Source: Candidatus Latescibacterota bacterium (GTDB lineage: Bacteria > Latescibacterota > UBA2968). Taken from it: a stretch of 64,000 nt of DNA. Below are positions 1 to 8,452 of this stretch, in pieces. The stretch spans positions 6,944,001-7,008,000 of the forward strand of contig OZ240241.1 in the NCBI GenBank assembly GCA_965198115.1, written 5' to 3'. Within the stretch, counting starts at the first letter, position 1; each line of letters begins with the position of its first letter. Below the pieces are notes generated by a model that saw only the letters and a program-made list of their open reading frames with translations, ran no database searches and was not told the DNA's origin. The position numbers and the translations under genes are program-made.

Positions 1-20
1 GGCACGTACGCCGGCGGACG

Positions 21-647
21 ATGGAGGTCGGGAGCAAATCGGAGGAACCAGCCGAACCGCGCCAGGTCGAAGTCGTCGATCTGAGCGACCGGGATTGGCA
101 AGTGCTGATAGGGCTCAAGCGGGAGTTGGACGTCGAGGAGATCGGGCCCGATCTCTGGACGCGGCGGGCGGAGGAAGTGGGCGTTTCGGTGGAGACATTC
201 TGCGATGTGGCAGAAGACCTCGAGCGACGCAAGGTGATCGGACGGTTTTCGACGTTTCTGGAGCACGCCAAGCGTCTGATGACGGGTGAGCGTGTCACTC
301 GCTACAATGCCCTGTTCCATTGGGCGGTGCCCGTGGGTCGCGAGATCGAAGGGGGCCGCGAAATCGGACGTCATCACATCCTGACGCATTGCTACTGGCG
401 TGAGGGCGGCCCGGACTTCGGCAACGTGAACATTATGGGTGTCGTGCACGGAATGGAGCGGGATAGGGTGTTCGAACACAAGGATGCGATCGACCTTCAT
501 CTGGCCGACGCCGGAATCCCGGTTTCCTACACGAATGTTTTCTGGGGTGGGCGGAGCGAGATCAAGCCGTCGGAGATTGCGCCGTCGGCGTATGTTGCGT
601 GGTGCGAGACGGTCGGTGTGGACCCGGAGACGATGATCGAACCGTGA
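21..647 (+). CDS. Siroheme decarboxylase (AhbA/B, NirDL/GH-like) / Lrp-AsnC family protein, probably 5'-truncated by the window edge
   Basis: HTH-like N-part followed by THCYWR...NIMGVVHG, typical of the AhbB/NirH family. Confidence 0.65.
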   Translation: MEVGSKSEEPAEPRQVEVVDLSDRDWQVLIGLKRELDVEEIGPDLWTRRAEEVGVSVETFCDVAEDLERRKVIGRFSTFLEHAKRLMTGERVTRYNALFHWAVPVGREIEGGREIGRHHILTHCYWREGGPDFGNVNIMGVVHGMERDRVFEHKDAIDLHLADAGIPVSYTNVFWGGRSEIKPSEIAPSAYVAWCETVGVDPETMIEP

Positions 648-673
648 GGATTGGGAGACGGCAGGAAGCGATC

Positions 674-713
674 GAGGCCCCTTCGCACGTTGCGATGGGG
701 CCTCTTTGTTTTT
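674..713 (+). terminator. Intrinsic terminator hairpin between convergent genes
   Basis: GAGGCCCC...GGGGCCTC stem followed by TTTGTTTTT. Confidence 0.65.
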
Positions 714-1005
714 AGTCGTTCTTGTGTTTTTCGTTGACGCGGTAGAGGAAGGCGAGGATCTCTGCGATCGGTTGATACAGCTCGTTGGGGATTTCCGTGT
801 CCAGATCGAGCTTCGCGAGCACGGCGACGAGATCGGGGTCGTTCTTGATCGGGATTCCGTGGGCTTCGGCCAGCTCGATAATCCGTCTGGCCAACTCGCC
901 CTCGCCCTTTGCGACGATTTTGGGCGCCGCATCGTCATCGGGCCGGTAGCGGATCGCCGCTGCCGACTCCCGGTGTTCGTCGGCGGGGGGTTGATCTTCG
1001 CTCAC
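712..1005 (-). CDS. FlhB C-terminal-like (EscU/YscU/HrcU-related) small cytoplasmic protein
   Basis: AAAIRY...APKIVAKGEGELARRIIELAEAHGIPI...EIPNELYQPIAEILAFLY; GTG start overlaps the serS TGA. Confidence 0.85.
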   Translation of the reverse strand: MSEDQPPADEHRESAAAIRYRPDDDAAPKIVAKGEGELARRIIELAEAHGIPIKNDPDLVAVLAKLDLDTEIPNELYQPIAEILAFLYRVNEKHKND

Positions 1006-2273
1006 GCGGCCGTCAGGCGGTCCGTGCCGACCCATTTCTGCAGCACTTCGGGTACGGGCACGCTCCCATCTTCGCCCTGGAATTGTTCGAGCATGGCCGG
1101 AATGAGGCGGGAGGTGGCCAGTCCGGATGCGTTCAGGCTGTGGATGAAGGTGTTCCGACCTCCTTCGGTCCTTTTGTATCGAATGTTTCCGCGGCGTGCC
1201 TGGTAATCGTGGGCGTTCGAGGCGGAACTCACTTCTTTGTATTCAGCCATGCTGGGTATCCACACTTCGATGTCGTAGGTCTTGGCCATCGACGCGCTGC
1301 AGTCCCGTGCGGCGAGTTTGGACACCTGGTAATGAAGACCGAGGCCCTGCACGAGGCGTTCGGCCTTCGCGATCATCTCTTCCAGCGCATCGCCCGACTC
1401 TTCCGGCTTCGTAAACTGAAAGATCTCGATCTTGTTGAATTGATGTCCGCGGATCATACCTCGTTCGTTCGTGCGGTAGCTTCCTGCCTCGCGACGGTAA
1501 CAGGGCGTGTAGGCGAAGTATTTTTTCGGGAGCTCCTCCTCGGGCAGGATCTCTCCCCTGTGGAAGTTGATCAGGGCGGTTTCTGCCGTCGGTAGCAGGA
1601 AGTGGCCCTCGTCGCCGCGAATGTGAAAGACGTCGTCGCCGAATTTTGGAAATTGGCCCGCCGTGAATCCACAGTCGTAGGTCAGGATGTGAGGGGGCAG
1701 GACGAATTCGTAGTCGTCGGCGAGGTGGCTTTCGACAAAGTAATTGAGGAGCCCCCATTCGAGCCGAGCCCCGTTTCCCCGGTAGAGCCAGAATCCGTTG
1801 CCACCCATTTTGACGCCGCGTTCGTAGTCGATCAGACCTAGGCTCGTCGCGAGTTCCACGTGATCCTTCGCTTCGAAGCCGAAAGACGGTTGCGATTCCC
1901 ACGTTCGGATGACTTCGTTGGCCTCCTTGCCGCCCGCCGCGACGTCGTCGGCAGGGATGTTCGGGAGTCCTTCGAGGATGGTCCTAATCTGCTCCTCCGC
2001 ATCGTTCAAGTCGACGTCGAGGGTCTTGATGCGATTGGAGACGTCCCGCATTTCGTTCTGCACGTCGGTGGTGTCCTTGCCCTCCTTCTTCATAGCCGGG
2101 ATCTGAGCGGATACCTTGTTGCGTTGCTCGCGGAGCGCATCTATTTCGGGGATCAGGTCTCGACGCTGTGCATCCAACGAGAGCAACTCGCCGAAGTCGA
2201 CCTCGTCCACGCGCTTGAGCAGTGCCTCGCGAACGACCTCCGGGTTCTCGCGTATCAGATTGATGTCCAGCAT
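1002..2273 (-). CDS. serS: Seryl-tRNA synthetase
   Basis: MLDINLIRENP N-terminus; LLPTAE, YRREAG, RGHQFNKIE, HSLNASGLATSR motifs. Confidence 0.97.
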   Translation of the reverse strand: MLDINLIRENPEVVREALLKRVDEVDFGELLSLDAQRRDLIPEIDALREQRNKVSAQIPAMKKEGKDTTDVQNEMRDVSNRIKTLDVDLNDAEEQIRTILEGLPNIPADDVAAGGKEANEVIRTWESQPSFGFEAKDHVELATSLGLIDYERGVKMGGNGFWLYRGNGARLEWGLLNYFVESHLADDYEFVLPPHILTYDCGFTAGQFPKFGDDVFHIRGDEGHFLLPTAETALINFHRGEILPEEELPKKYFAYTPCYRREAGSYRTNERGMIRGHQFNKIEIFQFTKPEESGDALEEMIAKAERLVQGLGLHYQVSKLAARDCSASMAKTYDIEVWIPSMAEYKEVSSASNAHDYQARRGNIRYKRTEGGRNTFIHSLNASGLATSRLIPAMLEQFQGEDGSVPVPEVLQKWVGTDRLTAA

Positions 2274-2278
2274 GGGGT

Positions 2279-2890
2279 CTATCTTTCCTCGTGGTGAGTA
2301 GGTAAGGCCGTCGCTCGGCCCAGCCGAACGAGTAAGGCTGCGATGTTAATCGCGGTCTGTCGATCCATCCGCTTGAGGATCTCCCGGACCGTGTCATCGT
2401 CCAGATTGAGCATGACCTGTGCGGCCGCACCGGGTTCGAGTGACTCGCATTGCCGCGCGAGTTGGGAGAGCTTCCGCTCGTGCAGCTGCAACTGTTGCCT
2501 GAGCCGATCCTCCATGGCTGCCTGCAGGATGCGGATTTCATCCTGCTCGATTCGGAGTTCTCGTGAAGGCCGACCGCCGGTTGGTGCCGTCGTGCGATCG
2601 GGGCGAGCTTCTGCTTGCGTCGTGATTCCGCCCTCGGGGGGTGGTGAAGGCGCCGGTTGTGTCTCGATCTTGGGTGGTGCAGGGGCCGGCTTCTTGGGAG
2701 ACTCGGCGGTTCTGGCCAAGGTTTTGGTTTTTTTAGCGATTCCGGGTGTTTTGGACGGTTGGGCGGGTGGTTGTCCTCGCTGAGGCGTGGCATTCGAGCC
2801 GGGCCAAAAGAGGACCATCATGGTGACGATGATCACAGAGAAGGACCCGAACATGCCGATGATAAGAAGGGTGGCGGTCCGGAAGTTCAC
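2279..2890 (-). CDS. Membrane-anchored MotE/FlbB-like protein with MgtE-N/FliG-like helical C-terminus
   Basis: N-terminal TM helix, Pro-rich linker, coiled coil, LEPGAAAQVMLNLDDDTVREILKRMD...AALL. Confidence 0.55.
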   Translation of the reverse strand: MNFRTATLLIIGMFGSFSVIIVTMMVLFWPGSNATPQRGQPPAQPSKTPGIAKKTKTLARTAESPKKPAPAPPKIETQPAPSPPPEGGITTQAEARPDRTTAPTGGRPSRELRIEQDEIRILQAAMEDRLRQQLQLHERKLSQLARQCESLEPGAAAQVMLNLDDDTVREILKRMDRQTAINIAALLVRLGRATALPTHHEER

Positions 2891-3065
2891 GGTGTCTCGA
2901 GAGGTTTGGTGAATGTCAGATCGGCAAAATGTGACCCAATCTGGTGGTGATATTCAACAGAATATGCCATTCTTGACAAGGGTCAGCTGGGGACGGATTC
3001 CGCGAATTTGCCTTAAGTCACTGATAAATGTGTAGTAACTGCTGAAGGCGAATTGATATTGTCTT

Positions 3066-3081
3066 TGGCACGGAGATTGCA
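3066..3081 (+). promoter_or_regulatory. sigma54 (-24/-12) promoter
   Basis: TGGCACG-GAGA-TTGCA matches the TGGCACG-N4-TTGCW consensus exactly. Confidence 0.75.
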
Positions 3082-3131
3082 CAAAGTCGGGGTGAGTCGT
3101 ACAGTCCATTCTATGACGGAGGACCACAGTC

Positions 3132-3299
3132 GTGGTTGCTACCCAGGACGCAAAACGACGGAACGAGTTGGCCTACCTCGCTCTTTATTACGCAATTACG
3201 GGGAACGAGGAGCGCTCGGAGATGATTCGTCGCGTGGTGCGCCGACTCGAAGGTCAGGCTCCCGAGCCGGCCCCCGAGCTCCAGCGCGCACAAGCGTAA
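3132..3299 (+). CDS. Small hypothetical protein (55 aa), absent from the ORF track
   Basis: GGAGG at 3118-3122, GTG start, MVATQDAKRRNELAYLALYYAITGNEERSEMIRRVVRRLEGQAPEPAPELQRAQA, TAA; directly downstream of the sigma54 promoter. Confidence 0.65.
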   Translation: MVATQDAKRRNELAYLALYYAITGNEERSEMIRRVVRRLEGQAPEPAPELQRAQA

Positions 3300-3302
3300 C
3301 GA

Positions 3303-4427
3303 TCACCCGACCGATTTCAGAACTTCGGCGACCTGCTCTATCTGGTCATCACCGAGCTCGGCGTAAATCGGAAGCGACAAGATTTCACCAGCCGCCTTCT
3401 CTGCGACGGGAAAGTCTCCCGAGACGTAGCCGAGGTCGGCGAAGGCAGGTTGAAGGTGAACGGGAATCGGGTAGTGGATCCCGTTTCCGATCCGTGCCTC
3501 ATTCAAAGCCTTTAGAAATTGGTCACGCCGCGTGGAGCGGACCACATAGTAAGTGTGGACGTGGCCACACCCTTCCAATTCGACGGGTGTCCTGATTGAA
3601 GACGACGAGAGCAGTCGCGCATACATTTGCGCCTGCTCTCTTCTTTTTTGCAGCCATTCGTCGAGGTGTCTCAGCTTGACACTGAGCACCGCCGCCTGCA
3701 AGCCATCCATCCTGAAGTTGTATCCCAGTAGTTCGTGTTCGTAGTGCCCCTTGCGTCCGTGATCAGCCATGCTTCGCATCCGTGTGGCGAGTTCCGAATC
3801 CCTCGTTAGGATGAGGCCGGCGTCTCCAAAGGCGCCGAGGATCTTGCCTGGATAGAAGCTAAACGTCGCGGCGACACCGAACGATCCTGCACGTTTGTCG
3901 TGGTAGTCGGCGCCGTGTGCTTGCGCCGCGTCTTCGACGATGGGGATGCCTCGACGTTCGGCAATGTCGCAGATGGGGTCCATGTCGGCCATGTGGCCAT
4001 AGAGGTGGATGGGTATGATCGCCTTCGTCCGCGGCGTAATGGCCGATTCGAGCCGCTCGGGATCCACATTGAGGGTCGAGTCGGTGACGTCCACAAAGAT
4101 CGGTTTCGCCCCGACGTGAACGATGGATTCTACGGTCGCGATGAATGTGTTGGGTGCTGTGATGACTTCATCGCCAGGACCGATTCCGATCGCCTTGAGG
4201 ACGAGTTCGATCGCCGACGTTCCCGAACTGACACCCACGCCGTTGGCGACCCCGCAGTAGGAGGCGAACTCTTTCTCGAACGTGTCCACGAAGGGCCCCC
4301 CCGCAAAAGCGGAGGCGCGAACGACGCTCTCCATGGCCGTGTCGATTTCCGCCTTGATGCTGCAGTATTGGGCGTAGAGGTCGAGGATGGGAATGGCTGG
4401 CGCCGTGGCCGCCGGCGAGGGGGGCAT
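3303..4427 (-). CDS. DegT/DnrJ/EryC1/StrS family PLP-dependent sugar aminotransferase
   Basis: SGTSA, EDAAQAHGA, FSFYPGKILGAFGDAG, GYNFRMD motifs. Confidence 0.93.
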   Translation of the reverse strand: MPPSPAATAPAIPILDLYAQYCSIKAEIDTAMESVVRASAFAGGPFVDTFEKEFASYCGVANGVGVSSGTSAIELVLKAIGIGPGDEVITAPNTFIATVESIVHVGAKPIFVDVTDSTLNVDPERLESAITPRTKAIIPIHLYGHMADMDPICDIAERRGIPIVEDAAQAHGADYHDKRAGSFGVAATFSFYPGKILGAFGDAGLILTRDSELATRMRSMADHGRKGHYEHELLGYNFRMDGLQAAVLSVKLRHLDEWLQKRREQAQMYARLLSSSSIRTPVELEGCGHVHTYYVVRSTRRDQFLKALNEARIGNGIHYPIPVHLQPAFADLGYVSGDFPVAEKAAGEILSLPIYAELGDDQIEQVAEVLKSVG

Positions 4428-4437
4428 GTGGGGGTCC

Positions 4438-5397
4438 TTACCGAAGGATGCGCTGAATGTTGAAGGTTTCTTCGGCGCGGGCGCTTCTGGCGATCATGTC
4501 ACCGATGAGCCCGGTACAGATGACCTGGACGCCGAGAACGGTCAGGAGTGTTCCCAGGGAGAGAAGGGGATAGCGATGCTGGATGCTGCCCGTCCGAAAC
4601 CAGAGTGACGCGATGTATCCGTTGATCGTCACACCGAGTCCTCCCATGGCGAGCCCGACGGCGCCGAAAAGATGAAGGGGTCGCCCGAGGTAACGCCCGA
4701 GATACATGACGGTCAGAAGATCCAAAAAACCCTTGAACAGACGACCCCAGCCGTATTTGGTGGTGCCGAACTGTCGAGCGTGATGCTGAACGGGGATTTC
4801 GCCGATGCGGTATCCTTCGAGATGCGCGAGCACAGGGATGTAACGATGCAACTCGCCGTAAATCTTGACGTCGCGCGTGACATCGGCGCGGTAAGCCTTG
4901 AGTCCGCAGTTGAAGTCGTGGATATCGATTCCCGATACGCGGCCGGTCACCCAGTTGAAGAATTTGGAGGGGATGGTCTTCCCCATAGGGTCGTGCCGTT
5001 TTCTCTTCCACCCGGAGACGAGGTCGTAGCCTTCATCCAGTTTGTCCACGAGAGCCGGGATTTCCGCGGGGTCGTCCTGAAGATCGGCGTCCATCGTGAT
5101 CACGACCCGACCCCGAGCTTCGCTGAACCCGGCCGTGTAGGCGGCCGCCTTGCCGAAGTTGCGACGGAATTGGATCACTCTGATGTTCGGGCCGGTCGCG
5201 TGGAGCTCTTCGAGCACGGCGGCCGAGCCGTCGGTGCTGCCATCGTCGATGAAGATGACCTCGTAAGTGAACGCGGTGTCGTCGAGTGTGGCACGGATCC
5301 TGTCGACGAGCGGGCGGAGGCTCTCTTCTTCGTTCAGCAGAGGGATGACGACGGAGACGTCGTAGGGCTCAGGGGCGTTTGTGGCAGTCGGAGTCAT
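4438..5397 (-). CDS. Glycosyltransferase family 2, ArnC/GtrB-like (polyprenol-phosphate glycosyltransferase)
   Basis: DDGSTD, RNFGK, MDADLQDDP, two C-terminal TM helices. Confidence 0.9.
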   Translation of the reverse strand: MTPTATNAPEPYDVSVVIPLLNEEESLRPLVDRIRATLDDTAFTYEVIFIDDGSTDGSAAVLEELHATGPNIRVIQFRRNFGKAAAYTAGFSEARGRVVITMDADLQDDPAEIPALVDKLDEGYDLVSGWKRKRHDPMGKTIPSKFFNWVTGRVSGIDIHDFNCGLKAYRADVTRDVKIYGELHRYIPVLAHLEGYRIGEIPVQHHARQFGTTKYGWGRLFKGFLDLLTVMYLGRYLGRPLHLFGAVGLAMGGLGVTINGYIASLWFRTGSIQHRYPLLSLGTLLTVLGVQVICTGLIGDMIARSARAEETFNIQRILR

Positions 5398-5471
5398 CGG
5401 CTATGCAAGGATGATTCTCGGGCAGGTCCGAAAAATGAAGTTAGACAATCCGTGTTCGATTTCCAAGTCAC

Positions 5472-6881
5472 TCACCGTTCAGGCTTGCGGGCAATGGCGA
5501 AGATCGAGAGGCCGGGCAACGGCAACAGCGGGTCGATCAGACGCCAGAACCAGACGAAGCTGTCGAAAATCTTGAGCTGTAACTTGCCGAATCGCCTTCG
5601 CCGCAGGATTCTTCCCGAGAAGAACCACGGTAGGAATCCGACGCGGTTGAACCCCACGAGCCGGTCGACTTCAAAGCCGGCCGTTTCGCATCGCTGGCGT
5701 AGCAGTCGCTTGGAATACCGCAACTTGTGTCCGAGGACGCGATCGAGGCTTCCGAACAGAAACTGCACGTGCGGAACGAGGATGATTGCCGTTCCACCCG
5801 GCCGAAGGGCGTCGAGCATGTTCCGCAGTGCCTGGTCGTGGTCCGGGACGTGTTCAAGCACGTTCAGACAGACGACCGTGTCGAAGGCGCCTCGAACGGA
5901 CGCGAAGCCGTCGGTGGATTCCAGATCGAGCTGGCGGACTTCCATCCACGGGTAATCGCGAAATCGGCTTCGTAGGTAGTCGAGATGGAGAGGGTCCCGA
6001 TCGGACACGGTGTAGTGCTCGCGGGGGATGAGTTTGAGGGTCAGGTTTCCGAGCCCACTCCCGATCTCGAGCACGTGCTGCCCCACAAAGGGCCTGATCG
6101 AGTCCGCCATCCATCGGTTGAAGCGATGCGTGCGCGACAGCGAGTAGAGAATGTCGTGGCCGTAGTTCTCCTCGTAAATGTCGTCGACGAGCCAGTAGTA
6201 AACGATGGTGATGAAGGCCTTCACCCCATCCTTCCAGGTGATTTTCTTGCCTTCCTGATAGCTTCGCCCGCGGTAGGAGATGGGTACCTCGTAAATCCGG
6301 CATCCCCGTTTGGCCAGTTTGGCCGTCAACTCCGGCTCCATTCCGAACCGATTGCTTCGAATCGGAATCGATTTGAGGATACTCGTCTTGACGACTTTGT
6401 ATCCCGTTTCCATGTCGGTCAAGTTCAGGTTGGTAAACGCGTTCGACGTGAGGGTCAGAATGCGATTGCCAATCGTGTGCCAGAAAAAGAGGACGCGCCG
6501 ATATCGACTGGCGGCGAACCGCGACCCATAGACGACATCCGCATCGCCGTCCAGAATCGGTTGAAGCAATTGTGCGATGTCGTTGGGATCATACTCCAGA
6601 TCGGCGTCTTGGATGATGCAGAGGTCTCCCGTGGCCAGGCCGATCGCTTTTCGGATGGCCGACCCCTTGCCCTGGTTGCGTTCCTGAAAGTGAACGCGAA
6701 CGTTCGAGTGAGCGGTCTGGATTTCGGTCAGAATGTCACGCGTGCCATCGATCGATCCATCGTCGACGATGATGAGTTCGCGCTCCAGGTTTTGGGGTAA
6801 CGGCGCCTGGAGTACCCGATCGACCGTTTCGCGAATGAAGTGACGTTCGTTGTAAGCAGGGATCAGAATGCTCAGAGTCAT
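5472..6881 (-). CDS. Bifunctional GT2 glycosyltransferase / class I SAM-dependent methyltransferase
   Basis: N-terminal DDGSIDG, QDADLEYDP; C-terminal VLEIGSGLG, NVLEHV, LRPGG. Confidence 0.9.
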   Translation of the reverse strand: MTLSILIPAYNERHFIRETVDRVLQAPLPQNLERELIIVDDGSIDGTRDILTEIQTAHSNVRVHFQERNQGKGSAIRKAIGLATGDLCIIQDADLEYDPNDIAQLLQPILDGDADVVYGSRFAASRYRRVLFFWHTIGNRILTLTSNAFTNLNLTDMETGYKVVKTSILKSIPIRSNRFGMEPELTAKLAKRGCRIYEVPISYRGRSYQEGKKITWKDGVKAFITIVYYWLVDDIYEENYGHDILYSLSRTHRFNRWMADSIRPFVGQHVLEIGSGLGNLTLKLIPREHYTVSDRDPLHLDYLRSRFRDYPWMEVRQLDLESTDGFASVRGAFDTVVCLNVLEHVPDHDQALRNMLDALRPGGTAIILVPHVQFLFGSLDRVLGHKLRYSKRLLRQRCETAGFEVDRLVGFNRVGFLPWFFSGRILRRRRFGKLQLKIFDSFVWFWRLIDPLLPLPGLSIFAIARKPER

Positions 6882-8452
6882 TTGAATTTCAGAACGTAGG
6901 TATTCGGGTCCGGTATGAGATGAAGTGGCTCGAAGCGAGACAGGTTCGCCTTGATCGCGGGAACGAGGTATCTGAATGTCGAACCGCTGAGATGATCGGT
7001 CACGACGTGATCGACGCCCCTGTCCACGAGGTCCTGGATGAGTGTCCGGTGATCCTCCGTGAACTGATAGCTCGTTGTTCTTCTGTCGGAGGCGACGAAC
7101 ATAAGATAGGATTTTCTACAGCAGACGATGGCGTTCTCCGGCGTGTTCGACCGGATCCACTCGGCGGCGAGCAGGTAATTTTTAAAATTCGCGGGCTGTC
7201 GATTGACTCGATCGAGATGGAACGTGATGGCGGAAACGTTGCTGGCTCCGTAGAGGATCCCGAAGAGGGCCACGAAGGCAATTGGAATCGGGCCCGGCGC
7301 CATTTTTCGAGGAAGGTGAACTAGCGAATGGGTCACTCCGAAAATCACGAACGGAGTCACGGGGATCAGCAGGCGGACGCTGGCCCACACTTCTGGCCAG
7401 AGGAGGCACACGCCGCCATAGAACAGGAGATAGAGCGCGATCAATCGTCGCTCACACAGGTGTCTGACCAGGTAAACTAGAAACAGCGCGGTGAGGATCG
7501 CGCCAACCACGGGAGCGACCTTACCCAGTGAGAAGAACGCCGCATAGTGACGGTCGTAAAAGGATGGCAGAATGACACGGGGCAACTCTTCGGCTGAGTA
7601 GGAGATGACGTTTCGGATAATGCGATGCACGAGACCGGAGAAGCCGAGCGTGCCTTTGAGTGTGTAGGGGTCTGCGCTGAGCAGCCACGTTCGAACGTAG
7701 CTGGGTCCCCCGGTCAGGTGGGTCCTGATCTGCCAGGGGAGCGCGAGGATGAAACAGGCCCCGCCGTAAAGGGCGGCGACCCTGTGTCTTCTCTTCAGCA
7801 GGTAGTAGGCGACCGTGGCGGCAACGAGACTGATCCCGATCGATCTGATGTAGTAGGCTGCCATCAAGGAAACGATCGCGAGGGCGTGCGATCGAAGATC
7901 ATCCCTCTTTTCGGCCTCGAGGACCAACCAGATGGCATAGAGAGAGATCAGTAAGTAGGGAATCTCGGACAGAACGAGGCTTCCGAAACTGAGACCGTAA
8001 ATGGAGAGGAGAGATAGACTCGCCGTCCACAAGGCCCACACGGGAGACGTTTCTCTTGCGATCACCAGGTAGATCAGCGGCACGCTGAGTATGAACGTGG
8101 CCGTCACGAAGAGCTTCATGACAGAGATGTCGAAAGGGAAGACAAGGTGCAATGCCGCCAGGATGAGCGGGAAACCGAAAGGATACTTTGTCGCGGGCAA
8201 AGCCTCGACCGTGTTGATGTAGGTCAGACCCCTACCCTCGGCCAGCGCGCGTCCGAGCGTGATGAATTCGGCGTTGTCCCCGATGATAGACAGGCGCGCG
8301 TCGAAAGTTGTCCACGCGAGCACCGCGGCCACCAGCGCCAACGCGGGGAGAAGGCCGCGGTGGCCGGACAGGGACACGATTCGGTCGTTGAAAGACACGA
8401 CCTCTGGCGCCGGCTGCACGGATGCCCGCTTCTGGTTACGTCGCTTGGCCAC
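6878..8452 (-). CDS. GT-C fold multi-pass membrane glycosyltransferase (ArnT/PMT-like)
   Basis: GDNAEF acidic first loop, YPFGFP, SEIPY, many TM helices. Confidence 0.7.
   Translation of the reverse strand: MAKRRNQKRASVQPAPEVVSFNDRIVSLSGHRGLLPALALVAAVLAWTTFDARLSIIGDNAEFITLGRALAEGRGLTYINTVEALPATKYPFGFPLILAALHLVFPFDISVMKLFVTATFILSVPLIYLVIARETSPVWALWTASLSLLSIYGLSFGSLVLSEIPYLLISLYAIWLVLEAEKRDDLRSHALAIVSLMAAYYIRSIGISLVAATVAYYLLKRRHRVAALYGGACFILALPWQIRTHLTGGPSYVRTWLLSADPYTLKGTLGFSGLVHRIIRNVISYSAEELPRVILPSFYDRHYAAFFSLGKVAPVVGAILTALFLVYLVRHLCERRLIALYLLFYGGVCLLWPEVWASVRLLIPVTPFVIFGVTHSLVHLPRKMAPGPIPIAFVALFGILYGASNVSAITFHLDRVNRQPANFKNYLLAAEWIRSNTPENAIVCCRKSYLMFVASDRRTTSYQFTEDHRTLIQDLVDRGVDHVVTDHLSGSTFRYLVPAIKANLSRFEPLHLIPDPNTYVLKFK

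Noticed and set aside
2953-2970. Minus-strand TGGCATATTCTGTTGA as sigma54 promoter for the MotE-like gene
   Set aside because: No GC at the -12 position; spacing wrong
4672-5955. Long antisense ORFs (e.g. 4672-5955, 13245-14486, 52493-53446, 60060-61121)
   Set aside because: Shadow frames opposite well-supported genes in GC-rich DNA, no recognisable motifs
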